Below are positions 50,616-64,000 of a DNA stretch of 64,000 bases, one piece after another (position 1 is the first letter of the stretch; each line of letters starts with the position of its first letter). Made by a program: the position numbers and the translations under genes. The DNA is taken from the NCBI RefSeq assembly GCF_009914755.1, contig NC_060927.1. One strand, given 5' to 3'. The notes under the pieces were generated by a model. It searched no databases. It was given only the letters and a program-made list of their open reading frames with translations, and had not been told where the DNA came from. This DNA comes from the human T2T-CHM13v2.0 reference genome, Homo sapiens.

Positions 50616-53600
50616 CCCTGTTAATTTTCAAACACTGAGCACGAGCTAGTTGACAAAAGTATTAAAAATAGAGAATTGTAAGTGTGCATTGCATTTTAAC
50701 ATGTCTATGTTCCTGAATTAAGATAAAATAAAAATGAATTGAGCCTAGTTTGATTATTTCCAGCTTAATGTAGGTGTTAGGTCATAAACCTGACAACTTA
50801 AGCTGCTACACTGTTCTCTAAATCTTGCCAAATTCATTTGCTTCAAAGTACAAATGATACATATAAATCAAACAACAGCATTAAAGCTACACTATCAGAA
50901 GGTATGATATCAAGGCCACTAAACAACAAGGTTGAAAGCATGAGAAATCTTATTTTCACTAACTTCCTTTAAAACATTTTCATAGCTTTGGCCTCTTTAT
51001 TCTTTTTACCAGCATATTATGGTAGTACTTTGTGTAACCAGTTAAATATTTTAAAAATATTAGACAAATGGAAGTGCTGTGTAAGCTTTAAATTGTTTTT
51101 GTTAGAAAGGCTTAAAGCAAGGATAAGTGCAATGTAGAAACTGAGGTCAGTATTTCATCATGAAAGAAGCATGTACTTTTTCTTGAATTCCCAGTCTTTA
51201 AGTGATGTTTCAGAGGAGTTTATTCATTCCTCGATTTGTATGTATTAGCATAAGCCTCACTTATGCATAATGAGAGAGAAAGACACCTCTTTCCTTGGTG
51301 AGGAATAACAGTAATAACTTTTAGCCAACCGTAGACTAAATCAACAACATTGATTCTATTACATTATTTAGGTCTCAGACTAGGGAGATGGCCATTGTTC
51401 TTGTATAAGCAATTGGTGTGGTGCATGACATTTCTTTGGCTTAACATTTAATGAAATTTGAATAAGGTTTGTGTAGTGGTTCATGCTTAACACATTTATA
51501 CGAAAGCTTTGTAGGGCAGCTGCATAGCCTGTAATTACTATGTAAGTAATATGTGACTATTTTTCTTTTGGAGACAAGAAAAGCTTTTCAATTCAAGTTT
51601 AAATTTATGAAATGCTGTGAGAGCTATTAAAACCTTCAACACAGAAGAAGATATCTGTGCCAACCTTTCAGTAACCAGAGATGAGTTAAGGGAGTATTTT
51701 TTCCCCTTGCCTTGAAAATATTTTTTAAGTAGTACTGATATGCCTCTTTCTTTTATTTAGTCTTAAACTCCTGACCTTTCTCAGTAACTACCTTTAATGA
51801 AATTACAACAGACTCTTAGTGAGTTGTATTAAAACATTTTCTGAAAAGATGAATGTTTCAGTTTGGTAGGAAGCATAGCAAGTCTAACAATAACCCTTAT
51901 GCTCAACTAGGGAAAATTATTTATGTGGACATTTTCCATGCGACCAAGGGACAAAATGGAAAGGAGTCTACATTATACATATTAGTGCCAAACTGTTAAT
52001 TCCTTGCAGAGACTTCTGAAGATATTACCGTTTCACAATTGAGTATTTCAGGAAGCATACTGATTCTGTGCCAAGTACCAATACTGTTTTCTAGAAGATT
52101 TCAATACATATGTGTTAGGGACAAAAATTTCATAACACTAACGTGAGAATAAAGTGAGTAGGAGGAACAAGCAAGTGAAAGGCATTTTATAGTTTATAAT
52201 GATTATGATTTTTGAAGCACATTTTTAAAGCATAATTTAAATAGAAGAAGATGCACTTTTGGGTTTACCTACATTTAGTGAGTGCCTACTACATTTGTAA
52301 TGCTCATTGCAAGTTTGAAAAAGTAAGTCGTTTTAAACAAGGTAAGTTAACTGTTATCAGTTCTTTAGTTTTTGTTTTATATTAGTGAGATTGGGTGACG
52401 TGGGAAAGTATTTACATTCCAAATACAGTAAAGAAGTAAATTGGAACAGCTCTAGTTATTTTCTTGGGTACTGTCTGTCTTTTGCAGGCAAATATCCAAC
52501 ATTTTGCTTATTAGTACTGTCTTGATAGAGTGCCTTCAATACATCTTTTCACAAAGTGTTTTATGTGATAGAAGTTGTCAGTATTTATAATAAATGAGGT
52601 GAGTTTCCATCTTATGCCATGTTCCCTCATAACATAGGTTTATTGTATATTTTCGTTATATAAATATATTTATGTGCTAAAGCTCTGTAAAAAAGTATCA
52701 CATGAAGAAACATTAACATAACACAAGTAACATGCCATAAAGAAACAGTATAATACATTTGTAACCAAAGATATAAAAATAAATTGAAATATGACAACAC
52801 TACAATATTCTGTTCAATTTAATATTAATGAGAATTTTAAAAAAAATCCCTCTCAGAACTTGGGTAAGAGTTAGTGTGATTAATCTAATTGTGAATTCTT
52901 ATCTGTGCATGTCAGCAGAGTTTGTATTTCATTTCATTATTAGCAGTCTTTAAAGAACTGTAAACAGGAGATTTAATATCTCTCATCAATCATATAACTT
53001 TCAGCATATTACCATTACCTCCTTTATCTTTTTTATTTCATTTTTATTTTCTAAACTAACTCTAAAGTGACACTAAGTTCCTCAATAAGAACTTCTCTCT
53101 TCCACAGCCGAGAAAGGAATGTTCATAATAGCTTGTCAGAAGAAAAAGGAAATAAAATATGCCATTTACATTTTTACGTATGCCTGCAAATTCTAAATGC
53201 AGTTGATGGCTTGCACATAGTGGATATAATTAATGAATATTTCATAAAATAGAAAAGGGAGTAGAGAATAAGAGTTTCAAGATATATGGAGCAAAATTCT
53301 ATCAATTTTCCTTAACCCACTGACAAAATTTCCTTTTCTAAAGTGCAAGTCTATTTTAAGAGAGAATTTTCAGAGTTTTTAGTTCCATGAAATGTGAGAT
53401 TTGCATAAGCACATGATTCTTTAAGAAAAGAAACTGAATGGAACTACTTATAATTCCTTTTTTTTTTTTTGGATGGCATTTTTATACAAAGTGGCTCTTT
53501 CTTCTTAGCCCTGCAAAATGTGTTTAGATTAATTGTTTGGAAGCTCTATTGTTTAGAGCATGTGCTTCTGGGACACAGAGATGCTGAACAGGTGCTCAGC

Positions 53601-54498
53601 TACCCTTAGGAGGCAATGGGCCTTCTTCACATACAGTGTATGCATCAAGGACATGGGATAATTTGAGCTCCTGATAAATAACCACACTGATTAGGTTGGC
53701 TGGTAAAGACTGGGCAAGTGAAATGGTCTTAGCAAAAGAAGGAAAATCTAAGAACAGGAGAAAAGCAATGAAGCAATGTGTACAAAATATTGTAAATGAC
53801 ATCTAAAAAATGGACTGGTTCCTAAAAGTCACAAATTTAAAGAAAAAGTGTAAATGAAAAATCTTTATTTTTTATGCTATACAGATGTCTTATCCATGTC
53901 TGTCTAAAAACAATTGGAAACTTCATGAGCAATGACTGTGGGACCTTTTAATACAAATTACAATAACATACAAATATTTAGGCCATTGCCAAGGGGTTTT
54001 AGACTTTAGGCCTTGTTCTGCTACTGTTTGATCATTTAGTTTATTTACACTGCCGTTTTCTGGAAATGATAGTTGACAAATTTCTCTACTGCAAACTAGG
54101 AATGTGATCTTGAAGAAGCTATTTAAACTCTATGTTTTACATCCTGAAAATATGGCCCAGCAATGTGGTAGGACTGGTGATTAACCTATATTTTTACTGA
54201 TCTTATAGGGTGAAGAATTATGCCATCCATTCTAACTCAAAGGGCTATTAAAATGATATAACCATTTCAAAGCACTGTAAACATTGTACAATGGATGCAC
54301 ATACATGGTGCCTCAGTTTTACAAATCCACCTGATTGGTGGCATTTATTAATAATGCAGTTAACTACAGGGAAAAAAATTAATGCTAAAAAAATATAAAA
54401 TATATAATTTGTATATAATGACACATTTTCCTATCTTTGGCCATATGATTTCCATAGAAACATATACAATATTATTTTTAAATAAGTATCACTTACGC

Positions 54499-54793
<295 letters not shown>

Positions 54794-56829
54794 TGCTTTT
54801 AAATTATATAGATTCATTTATAAATGTTTCTAGTGACTTTGCCAAGTCTGAAAGTTGCCTGCATTTTCTACCTTTAGTAAGCTATACATTCTCCTGGTAT
54901 TGTGTGCCACCTCCAGTGCAATCAGTCACCTGGGTTGAGACCTTCACATTTCACACATACTGTTTTGTTTGTCTGTGAGTAATAAGCATAAAACCATTAT
55001 TATAAAAAGATGTGTAATGTTAAAAGCAAGTATTTAGGGAGGACTTACCATGTGCCTTACAATGCAATAAATGCTTTTTACATATGTTAATTCCATTATT
55101 TTTAAAGCATAGTATTACAGCATAATATTACTCCTACTTGAGGGTTACAGAAACAGAAGCTTAAACAAGTTAGGTTTTTAAGGCCACATATTAATAAGCA
55201 TTAGGGCCAGAACTGAACTTAGAATCTGTCTAGCATGAAATCTCTATTTTAAATGAGAGGGCATGATAATTATATGATTATTAATTATTTAAGGATTTGA
55301 GTCACCTATGAATTTTATATTTTAGATAGAAACTTAGATAATTGGTTAGAAATACTATATTATGAATAACTAAATAAACATAGTATACAGCAATAGAGTT
55401 AAGGTAATTTTTAGACCAACTTCGTAAGCCACACATAAAATGTCTTGACATTATAAAAATTTAAACTTAGAACAGTTCAAGTTTACCTTCTTGGAAACTG
55501 AAGATATAGATTTTGTTTTTACAAACAGGATTAATTGACAACTTTCAGAGGGATGACAGAATTGTAGTTTTCCTGTGTTTTCATCAAATAGGTGCTAATA
55601 GTTGCTGTTAACACAAAACTAATTGCCACCTACGGTGGGGAGTGCAAGTTGCCTAGTCCTGTGACCACATTGGCCCATCTGTTAAGAATCTCAGCTTAGG
55701 AACAATGCTGGAACTGGCATCCAATTTGGGTTCTGGCCAGTGGTCAACTAACAAGCTGGAACACACATGGAATATGAAATGCCTTGAAGTCAGAGATGCT
55801 CTGCTGTCTGTTAACTGACAGCTCTTGTGTGTGTGGGCAGAGCCAAGACCAGGTGCCAGTATGCAGAGCAAAAGGATCTGTCTGTGTGCCACCTGTCATT
55901 GCCATGTGCGTAATGTCCAAACAGGAGCCACAGTAGGTGTGTTTCTTCCATCAAAGTGTGGTTGTTAGAGCATTCAGTTAGGCTGAGGTAGCGACTAGGG
56001 CAACATTTTACCTTAAACCAAACTATAGGACAAGCCAGAGGCTTACCAGAAGGTAGCTCTCATATCCCGCCATATCACACAAGTGGATGGAGATTTACCA
56101 CTGGAGACACTCTCCCCTGTACCTAGGTTCTTACATTAACTCTAAGCAAAAGGTAAAAAAAAAAAGTTGTTTAATTAATTATATTAACACAAATACTTGT
56201 GTGCACAAGACAATTTGTGGTTAGAATCATGCAAATAAGTTTTAATCACCCCAGGGGTTATTCTAAAAATATATTTCTAACTGATTTTTGTTATTATTCT
56301 TAATAAGTTGAACTGTAACATAAGGCTGAAAGGTATAATAGAATTTAAGAGATCAATGTTCTTATCCCAGCTCTGCCATAATTCATCATGTTATTTTAAG
56401 CAATTCATGTAACATGTCTGAGTACCAGAGTCCACATCTGCAAACTATGTTGGATTGAATGGTTTCGGTGCTGTCCTCAAATTCTGAAAAATTGTATAAT
56501 TCTATGTCAATCTCTCGAAACAATTAGAGAATCACGGCAATATTTTTTTTCAATAGAAGAAAAAAAGAAACCAGAAAATTGAAATAGATGGACATAAAGA
56601 AGAAAATTAATATTACCTGTGTATCTATTATCCAGTGACAACTACATTTTATGTATAGAAGGCATCTTGTAAACTTATTTATATTTTAGACATATTTTTC
56701 ATTCAAAATTGTTCTTGACCCTGAATGCTTACTTAGGCTTTTATTGTTAAAAAGCCGGTACTGATTCAAAATAGCTGTTTCTGACTGCATTTTCCTTTCC
56801 CATAAATATAATATTAATAAATGATATTT

Positions 56830-57030
56830 ACACAGTGCTTACTGTATACCAGAAATAATCTAAGCATTTTACAATAGTGCTATTTTATTTTTAGAAAATG
56901 CTATGATGTAAACATTATTATACCTATAATATAAATATCAAAACTGATATGCAGAGAGGGTAAATATGCCAACATCACTGACTATGGGACCTAGGATGTC
57001 TGGCTTCAAAGTCCACACTTTTGGCTACTA
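56830..57030 (-). mobile_element. MIR SINE, degenerate
   Basis: agtgcttactgtataccag...aaaactgatatgcagagagggtaaat...tgtctggcttcaaagtcc. Confidence 0.6.
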
Positions 57031-57450
57031 CATAGTGGTGCTGAGTGGGAAGAACTTTTCTTCATTTTTTATTTGGGATTGAAGATAAGGAAAAGACAGC
57101 CTAGCATATGCTTGCCTAGAAGTAGAATTTTTATCATATAGTCACAGAATACATCTATATAGAAAGCACATGTTAAAGTTTTGAAAATTTTTATTATAAG
57201 GACACTTATTTCCCATAATATATGTTTATTATGTCAAATAAAGAAGTTTATGTCTTTTCCTTTAAAATCATTATTTTATACTACTTATTGACACAAAATT
57301 TAAAACAAATCTATTTTTTCTCATGGAATGTTTTAACTTGTATTCTTTTCTTCTCAACACTATATTGGGTAAGAAAAAATAATTTCACTGGAAACATATT
57401 AGAAGTTAAAGAAGTGCTTGCTGAAAGAGTCAAATGGTGTGAGTAGGGTG

Positions 57451-57756
57451 TGATTGGCCCTCTCCATCTATGGGTGCCACATCTGTGGATTTAACCAATT
57501 CTGATAAAAAACATTAAAAAGCAACAATAAAAATAATAGAAATAAAAATACAGTATTACAATGATTTACGTAGCATTTAGATTAGATATGATAATCTACG
57601 ATGATTTAAAGTTGCAGGAGGATGTACATAGGTTATATGCAAATACTACATTATTTTATATAAAGGATTTGGACGTCCTCAGCTTTTGGTATTTTCAGGG
57701 TTGTGGGGATGGCAGTCCTGGAACTAAGCCCCAGTGGATACTGAGGGAGGACTATG
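57451..57756. mobile_element. Tigger3-type (TcMar-Tigger) non-autonomous DNA transposon
   Basis: Degenerate TIRs ttggccctctccatctatggg ... cccagtggatactgagggaggact; internal aggttatatgcaaatactac characteristic of Tigger3. Confidence 0.8.
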
Positions 57757-57869
57757 TATACATCTAGAATGATGAACTCTTCTAGGGTATTGATAGTTTA
57801 ATTCATCTTTCACATTCACTGTCTAACAAAGTTCTCAGACCAAATTTAAGTGTACTAAAATATGGTAAG

Positions 57870-58080
57870 TATAGTCAATAATAACAATTCTATATTTTAA
57901 AATAATTTAAATAATGGAACTGGATTGTTTGTAACTTGAAGGATAAATTCTTGAGGGGATGGATAGATACCCCATTCTCTACGATGTGCTTATTTCCCAC
58001 TGCATGCCTGTATCAAAACATCTCACGTACCCTACTATGTACCCACAAAAAATTTTAAATATAAATTAAAAAAATAATAA
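57870..58080 (+). mobile_element. L1MA 3'-end fragment (L1MA1-3-like)
   Basis: ggattgtttgtaac..aaggataaat.cttgaggggatggata...catgcctgtatcaaaacatctca..gtacccacaaaaa. Confidence 0.85.
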
Positions 58081-58090
58081 TAATATAAAT

Positions 58091-58445
<355 letters not shown>

Positions 58446-59539
58446 TCAAAAATAAATCAATAGGTACTAAGAGTATGATTTTTGCTAATTTCCTGATAAT
58501 GTTTGAATATCAATAGTTCCATGGATGGTTATGAGTTAACAGGTAGGACTGAGTTCTAGGCTATATATTTTCTACCCAATAAATATTTTTTTCATTTTTT
58601 TAAAACTATGTAATGGTCCCTCAGGAAAAGTTGTAATTTGATACTATTATTTTAATTAACTGGTATGAATTAAAAGAGAAGGGATAAAAAAGAATAATTT
58701 CTGAGATCCAGTACTACAATTACATGAACAAGGAACATATCTTTGTTAGTGTATGAAGGAGATATAATTGCCAAATATAAGGAATGGGAGGACAAATAGT
58801 TTCAAAGTATTTCAGGGTATACCCTGATCCCCTTCAGTGAAGTCATTTTTGGGGGGATCTCTGTTTTAGTTGTTACATAGTATAACTCACTGGCGCTTCA
58901 TTTTAAAAGGCCATATTTGGAGGTGGGAGGTTAGCCCTAGGGCTCAGTGAGTCCTTGCCGAGAAATTAGAAGTCCCTCTGAGAAGTGATTCATCATATAG
59001 ACCTATGGGATAACATCATAATAAGATCTCAGTATAAAAATTCTGCCAGTTATTCTTATGAGCATGATGTTAAAATTACAAAAGGTATTGTAATACCATT
59101 CAACTCATTCATCAGTATAGACATTTGAAACCTTTATAAAGATGATCTGGTTGGGTATGCTATATCATTGCAATTCTTTAAATAAATGGCAGTTGTTATA
59201 AAAATATGTCCTATTTCTGACACATGGTACTCACCAGTTAAGACATTCAGTGCAGTGCTTCTCAAAAAAAAAAAAATGTTCAATTAAACCCATAAACATT
59301 CTAACCCACTAACTGACATTTTCTAACAGTTTGTCCAAATATTTACCACCACAAATAACAGAAACAAAAAAGTAAAAGAGACCTGTTATCTTTATTTGAG
59401 AGAGTATTTAAAAGTGAGAAAGAAAATGCTTTTGTCTTCATTATGAACATAATTTATAGTAAGACATATATATAGTTGATTTTCTCAAACGTAAACCCCA
59501 AATCGCCAGACTAGTCAAATATTATATATCAAGAATTAT

Positions 59540-60310
59540 TTCAAAAATAATCCCATTCATTGAATATTCTGTGTTGATATTTCAAGGAATAAAAAAAGAT
59601 GAGATTGTTCTCAAGGATTTTAGTAGGTAGTGTGAGATATGCATAACATTATTAAATAAGGTGAACTATATACAAACTATGATATTTGAGGCTCTTTATG
59701 GCTTCAGAAAATAAAAGATAGTCTATTCCTATATGAAACTAGAGATAGGTCTGAAAGGGAAAATTGAATTTTCATAAGTGGAATAGCAATGGCTATTTCA
59801 AAAGAACGAAGCAGGATGAAAAAGCTTTGGAAAGCGTGGGCCAACAATTAGTGATTCGGTTTGCCTGGAACATGGAGGAGTGGCACTTAAGGCCACAAAG
59901 GTTAGTTGTGGTTCTATTATGAAACCCTTTAATTTCAAGTGAAGTGTTTATATGGAATACACCATAAAATGGGGATTAATTGAAGCACATTGAATAGAAA
60001 TGCATCTTTGTGTCCACCTTTAGAAAACTGATTCTTTCATGTAGAGTAGCTTGGAACAGAGAAAGTTTGGAAGTAGGCACACCTGGTAGGAAGCTGAAAT
60101 ATAGTTTAGGGAATACATTGAGTGTATTGTGTGAGTTACACAAATATGGACATTAATACAAGTGGTCATACAAGAAAACCTTTTTTTTTTTCAATTGGCA
60201 AATAATTGTATGTCAGAGTTATTGGAAAAAGAGAAATTAAAAATTAATGCTGAGATTTGTAACTTGGGTGCCTGGTCAAAAGGTGGTGTGTTCAATAAAT
60301 AGAGAAGTCA
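59540..60310 (-). mobile_element. L2 fragment, degenerate
   Basis: cattcattgaatattctgtgttg start and a purine-rich L2-like body ending gtaacttgggtgcctgg...aatagagaagtca. Confidence 0.5.
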
Positions 60311-60529
60311 AAAGGTATTATTCAGTCTCATCATTTTTAATCATGTAATAGTATTTTCTATCACTGAATCCAAGGTAGAATTGATTGTGAGATTTAGTAG
60401 TATTTTTTCTCTGAGTTAAGGAGAGGAAAAATGACCAAATCAACTATGATATGCCATCTATGATAAGATGATTCCTAATTCTGGAGGTGTTAAAATATAA
60501 AAATGTGCATCTTAAAATATATTAAATAT

Positions 60530-60950
60530 GGGAGTAATAGCTAATATTTACAAGTGCTTTCCTTAGAAATAACTCATTTAATCTTCTCAATTTTCTTATG
60601 AAACAGGAACTCTTATCATTGTTATTTGATAAATGAAGAATCTGAGGGGCAAATATAAATGAGAGAGATTTGAATCCAAATCCAAATCCAAAGCCCACTT
60701 TCTTGACTACTATATACAGTAATTTATTTCTAGTAAAACATATTTAAAAATAATGGCATAAACTAATTTTATTTTAAGGGCTCACTGGCTTTCTGCTTAG
60801 TGGCTACACAATATTTTTAATTAATGCTTCCAGCAGCCTTAAAGTTTGAGTCCCTTCTTTAAACAGAGGAGAAAACTGAAGGTTAGAGACAGTGAAAAAC
60901 ATGCTCAAGGTCACAGGAAACATGGTAACAAAACTGGATTCAAACCTCAG
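60530..60950 (-). mobile_element. Two MIR fragments (~60530-60710 and ~60855-60950)
   Basis: taactcatttaatcttctcaa...ataaatgaagaatctgagg; acagaggagaaaactgaaggttagaga...tgctcaaggtcacag...ggattcaaacc. Confidence 0.7.
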
Positions 60951-61337
60951 GTCTCTCTAATATTAAAAGCTTGTGCTCATGGCTTATGTTGGACCCAGGA
61001 CGCCCTTCATTCCATGTGTTAGTCAATGGCTGGTGACATTTTGTTTTGTATATTTCTATATAACTTTCTAACTTGAACAAACTCATACAGAGTCCAAAGT
61101 TCAGTAAACAGAAAATAAAGTGATTCTTCTGCTCAAAATATACTGCGTGGTGTCCCAGTGTCTCCATTGTGCACACTTGGAACAACTTTCTAAGAGAAAG
61201 TAGTGCTCAGATCATCATTATTATAATTATTTCTTTATCTCCCCAACTCCCTTTGCCTTATTTATGTTTAATCCTAACAATCCTAAATATCCAGTCCTAT
61301 GACTGTCACATGGTGCTCACGAGTTAGTCCTTTAGTG

Positions 61338-61566
61338 CAGTGATTCTCACGAGGGGCAAATTTGCTTCCCCCATTTCCTGATATACATTTGGCAATGTCT
61401 GGAGACATTTTTGATTGCCACATTTGGGAGATTGGGTGCTACTGGCATCTAGTGGGTAGACACCAAGAATGCGGCTAAACGTCTTACTATGCACAGGACA
61501 ACTCCCACAGTAAAGAATAAATAATCTGACCCAAAATGGCGATAGTGTTGAGGTTAAGAAATGCTG
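61338..61566 (+). mobile_element. MER20 (hAT-Charlie), full length
   Basis: cagtgattctca...acatttggcaatgtctggagacattttt...tgctactggcatctagtgggtaga...gaggttaagaaatgctg matches the recalled MER20 consensus. Confidence 0.92.
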
Positions 61567-62985
61567 ATTTCATGGAAAAAATCAATCTGGGCATTGCTCA
61601 AGTAGTTATTTTATGTAATTTTTATTTTTTGTTTTTAATGTTAGGGCAAAAATAATAGAATATAATTCACTGAAATACACTTCGAAGATAATAATCTTTT
61701 TTTGTTGCCTGAGATATGATGGTTATACAAAATGAGATAAATGAATAATATCATAATTTGGTTTGATATAGGCATGTCATCATTTAACACAAGAAGAGGA
61801 CCTGTTGGTTTTCTAATGATTTGAGATGAATGTATATTTTTGCACCTTTTCTAGAATATATAAGGCAGATAATTTTTCTTCATATTCCTTGCACATCAGA
61901 TAGTTGCTGAATTGGCGAAACTAGTAAAGAATATCCTAATTAGAGAAGTGTCTGAACCTCATTTTCAAATAGACCTACAAACCCACAAGTTATGTGAAAC
62001 ATTTAATGATCAGAAGTGTTCCTATGAGGTTGTATGGAATTCATGAATTATTCCATAAACACATTTCAAGAGGAAGTTTCTCTTGGCAAAAGAAAAAAGA
62101 AGAAAGCCTTTTGAATCTTCCACAGCATCTCGGACTGAACATCCCTCTGATAATGTAGTCACTTCCCCAGCTAGTTCTCAGTTTGAACACTGATGAAGGA
62201 GACTTCTTAGCATTTTTCCAACAAAGACAGCAAGGTCGCCAAATAGATGGCACATTCGGAAATACATTTTACCAATTTTACCGTGAATTGGCTGTCTCTT
62301 ATCACAGCATTTCTTCTTGCACACAGAAGACTGCAAGAATGGGCTCTGCCTATCTAAAAACTTCCAGTCTGAGCTGTGAGCTCTGTGGATTCTTGTGGAT
62401 GTGATCCCTAAAGTCCTGTCCTGAAAGGACTTAAAGTTGGGTTAATTTCTACCCAAACGCACAACTATGAGCTATATCTACTTTTCCAAATCTAATAATG
62501 CAATTTCTAGTCCTATTGTAAAACCAGTTTTGAAAGTATTTAATCCAGTAAAACAATTATTTCTAAATGAAAGGATAACTTAACTTGCTTCCACAACTTT
62601 ATTTGTTCCAGTAGGAACAAATGTTCTTCTTAGTTGTTCTTCTTAGTTGTAATATATTTGTATTTTTAACAGTAAATTTCCAAGTTCTACTTATTCAAGA
62701 ACTTATTGAAAATAATACCTGCAATATTTTTAAAGTATTTAAAAGTAATAAATTCAGGAAGATGCACCAGATTTTATTTAAATAATCTATGAAAAGTTAC
62801 TGGAAAAATTGCCAAAAGAGTGTTGCATATTAAGGACAATAATGAAAATAATGAAATACTCCTTTCTGATCATGATAAACCAAAGAAACCCTTTCTCTAT
62901 AATCTAATCTCTATAATGCTTTGGATTTGATCTTATATGAATGTAGAAAGAAGAAGTACATGATTTCACAAAGCACATATGTATC

Positions 62986-63423
62986 TTGTTCTCAGAACTG
63001 CAGGGAGCTTCAATAATTGTTCTGATTTTCACTAAATTGAAAGTTCCAGCCACCTCTATATGTCTTTCTCAAAATGTTGCAAAGATATCTTTATATTTGA
63101 ATCTCTAATCTTTAAATATGTATTTATATAGTATATATATTTTTAAAATATATAGTAAAATCTTGAACGTTTTATATATTACAAAAATTTATATAAAACA
63201 TATATTATTATAAAATGTTGTAAGCTATATAGTGAAAGCATTATATATAAATGTATATATTAAAGGTTTAGAGATTTCTATATATATGTGATAGTATAAG
63301 ATAAATATATACATATTAAATATATAAATATATTTAAATCTCTAAATGTTTAGGAGTTCTCAATTTAGTGAAAACTAGAATGACTGTAGTTGATATTAAA
63401 GTTCTCTGCATTTTTGGGAACAA
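62986..63423. repeat. Long imperfect inverted repeat (arms 62986-63047 and 63353-63423) around an AT-rich spacer; family not recognised
   Basis: Manual alignment of the left arm to the reverse complement of the right arm: 47 of 58 positions identical outside one gapped segment, including the perfect 15-mer ttttcactaaattga. Confidence 0.85.
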
Positions 63424-63744
63424 TAATGTCATTGTTAGTGATAGGTCAGTGCACTATCTGCAGCTATTCATAGTGTAATGACAAACAATAATGACCACCA
63501 TGTCAGTGATTTAAAATATTCTAAGTAAATTCTAAAGTTGTGGCAAGTTCTTTGATGTTAATATTTGATATAAATGAAGGGTTTATCAATAATGGAATCT
63601 GTTTATAATTTTTATCATATGCTTTTTAACTTAAACTTAATTTTTATCTTAAAATTTTTTTAAAAAACAACATTTAGACCTTGCTCTTTTTTTACCGCTG
63701 AAGATCAAACTTCGGTTTCTTCATCTAGGCAACAGGGGTGCATG

Positions 63745-64000
63745 TGTGAGGGGAGAAAATGTATTTTTTTCTCAACTCTCATAAGTTTGTAGTTGGGATA
63801 GACTGCTTCAACAAAACACAGATTAACAAGAGGAAGAGCAAACAGGTTTATTAATGAGTGTAGTGTATGTCAAAATGAGAGAGGGGTAACTCAAAGCAGT
63901 GGTTTACAAGTCTGGTTTACATATTATCTTCAACAAAGAACATCAATTTTAGAAAAGTGACAAGACAAAGTAGTCGTAGGCTTCAAAGACAGGAGAATAG
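63745..64000 (-). mobile_element. ERV1 LTR, MER34-like, running off the window end
   Basis: tgtgaggggagaaaat...acagattaacaagagg...aggtttattaa, similar to the 3' ends of the other MER34/39-group copies. Confidence 0.65.

Overview
AT-rich primate genomic DNA, most likely human, lying inside ROBO2 (roundabout guidance receptor 2) on the + strand. Three short coding exons (32261-32418, 35946-36066, 48091-48229) splice in frame through GT-AG introns. They encode Ig-like domain 2 and the first half of Ig-like domain 3, which I recall as exons 3-5 of the ROBO2b transcript. The rest is intron: nine Alus (seven antisense, two sense), L1, L2, MIR, MaLR and ERV1 solo LTRs, Tigger3, MER20 and several microsatellites. 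I see no CpG island, RNA gene, second protein-coding gene or convincingly new biological system. The best leads are: (1) a four-layer nested insertion (5'-inverted L1MA > MER34/39-group LTR > MER50-like LTR > AluY) with a recognisable TSD at each layer; (2) a candidate 24-nt poison microexon directly followed by (UG)20, resembling a TDP-43-repressed cryptic exon; (3) an unclassified ~440-bp element with ~60-70-bp inverted arms at 62986-63423; (4) inverted Alus positioned to promote back-splicing of exons 3-5. Gene identity and repeat subfamily names come from recalled sequences, not from a search.
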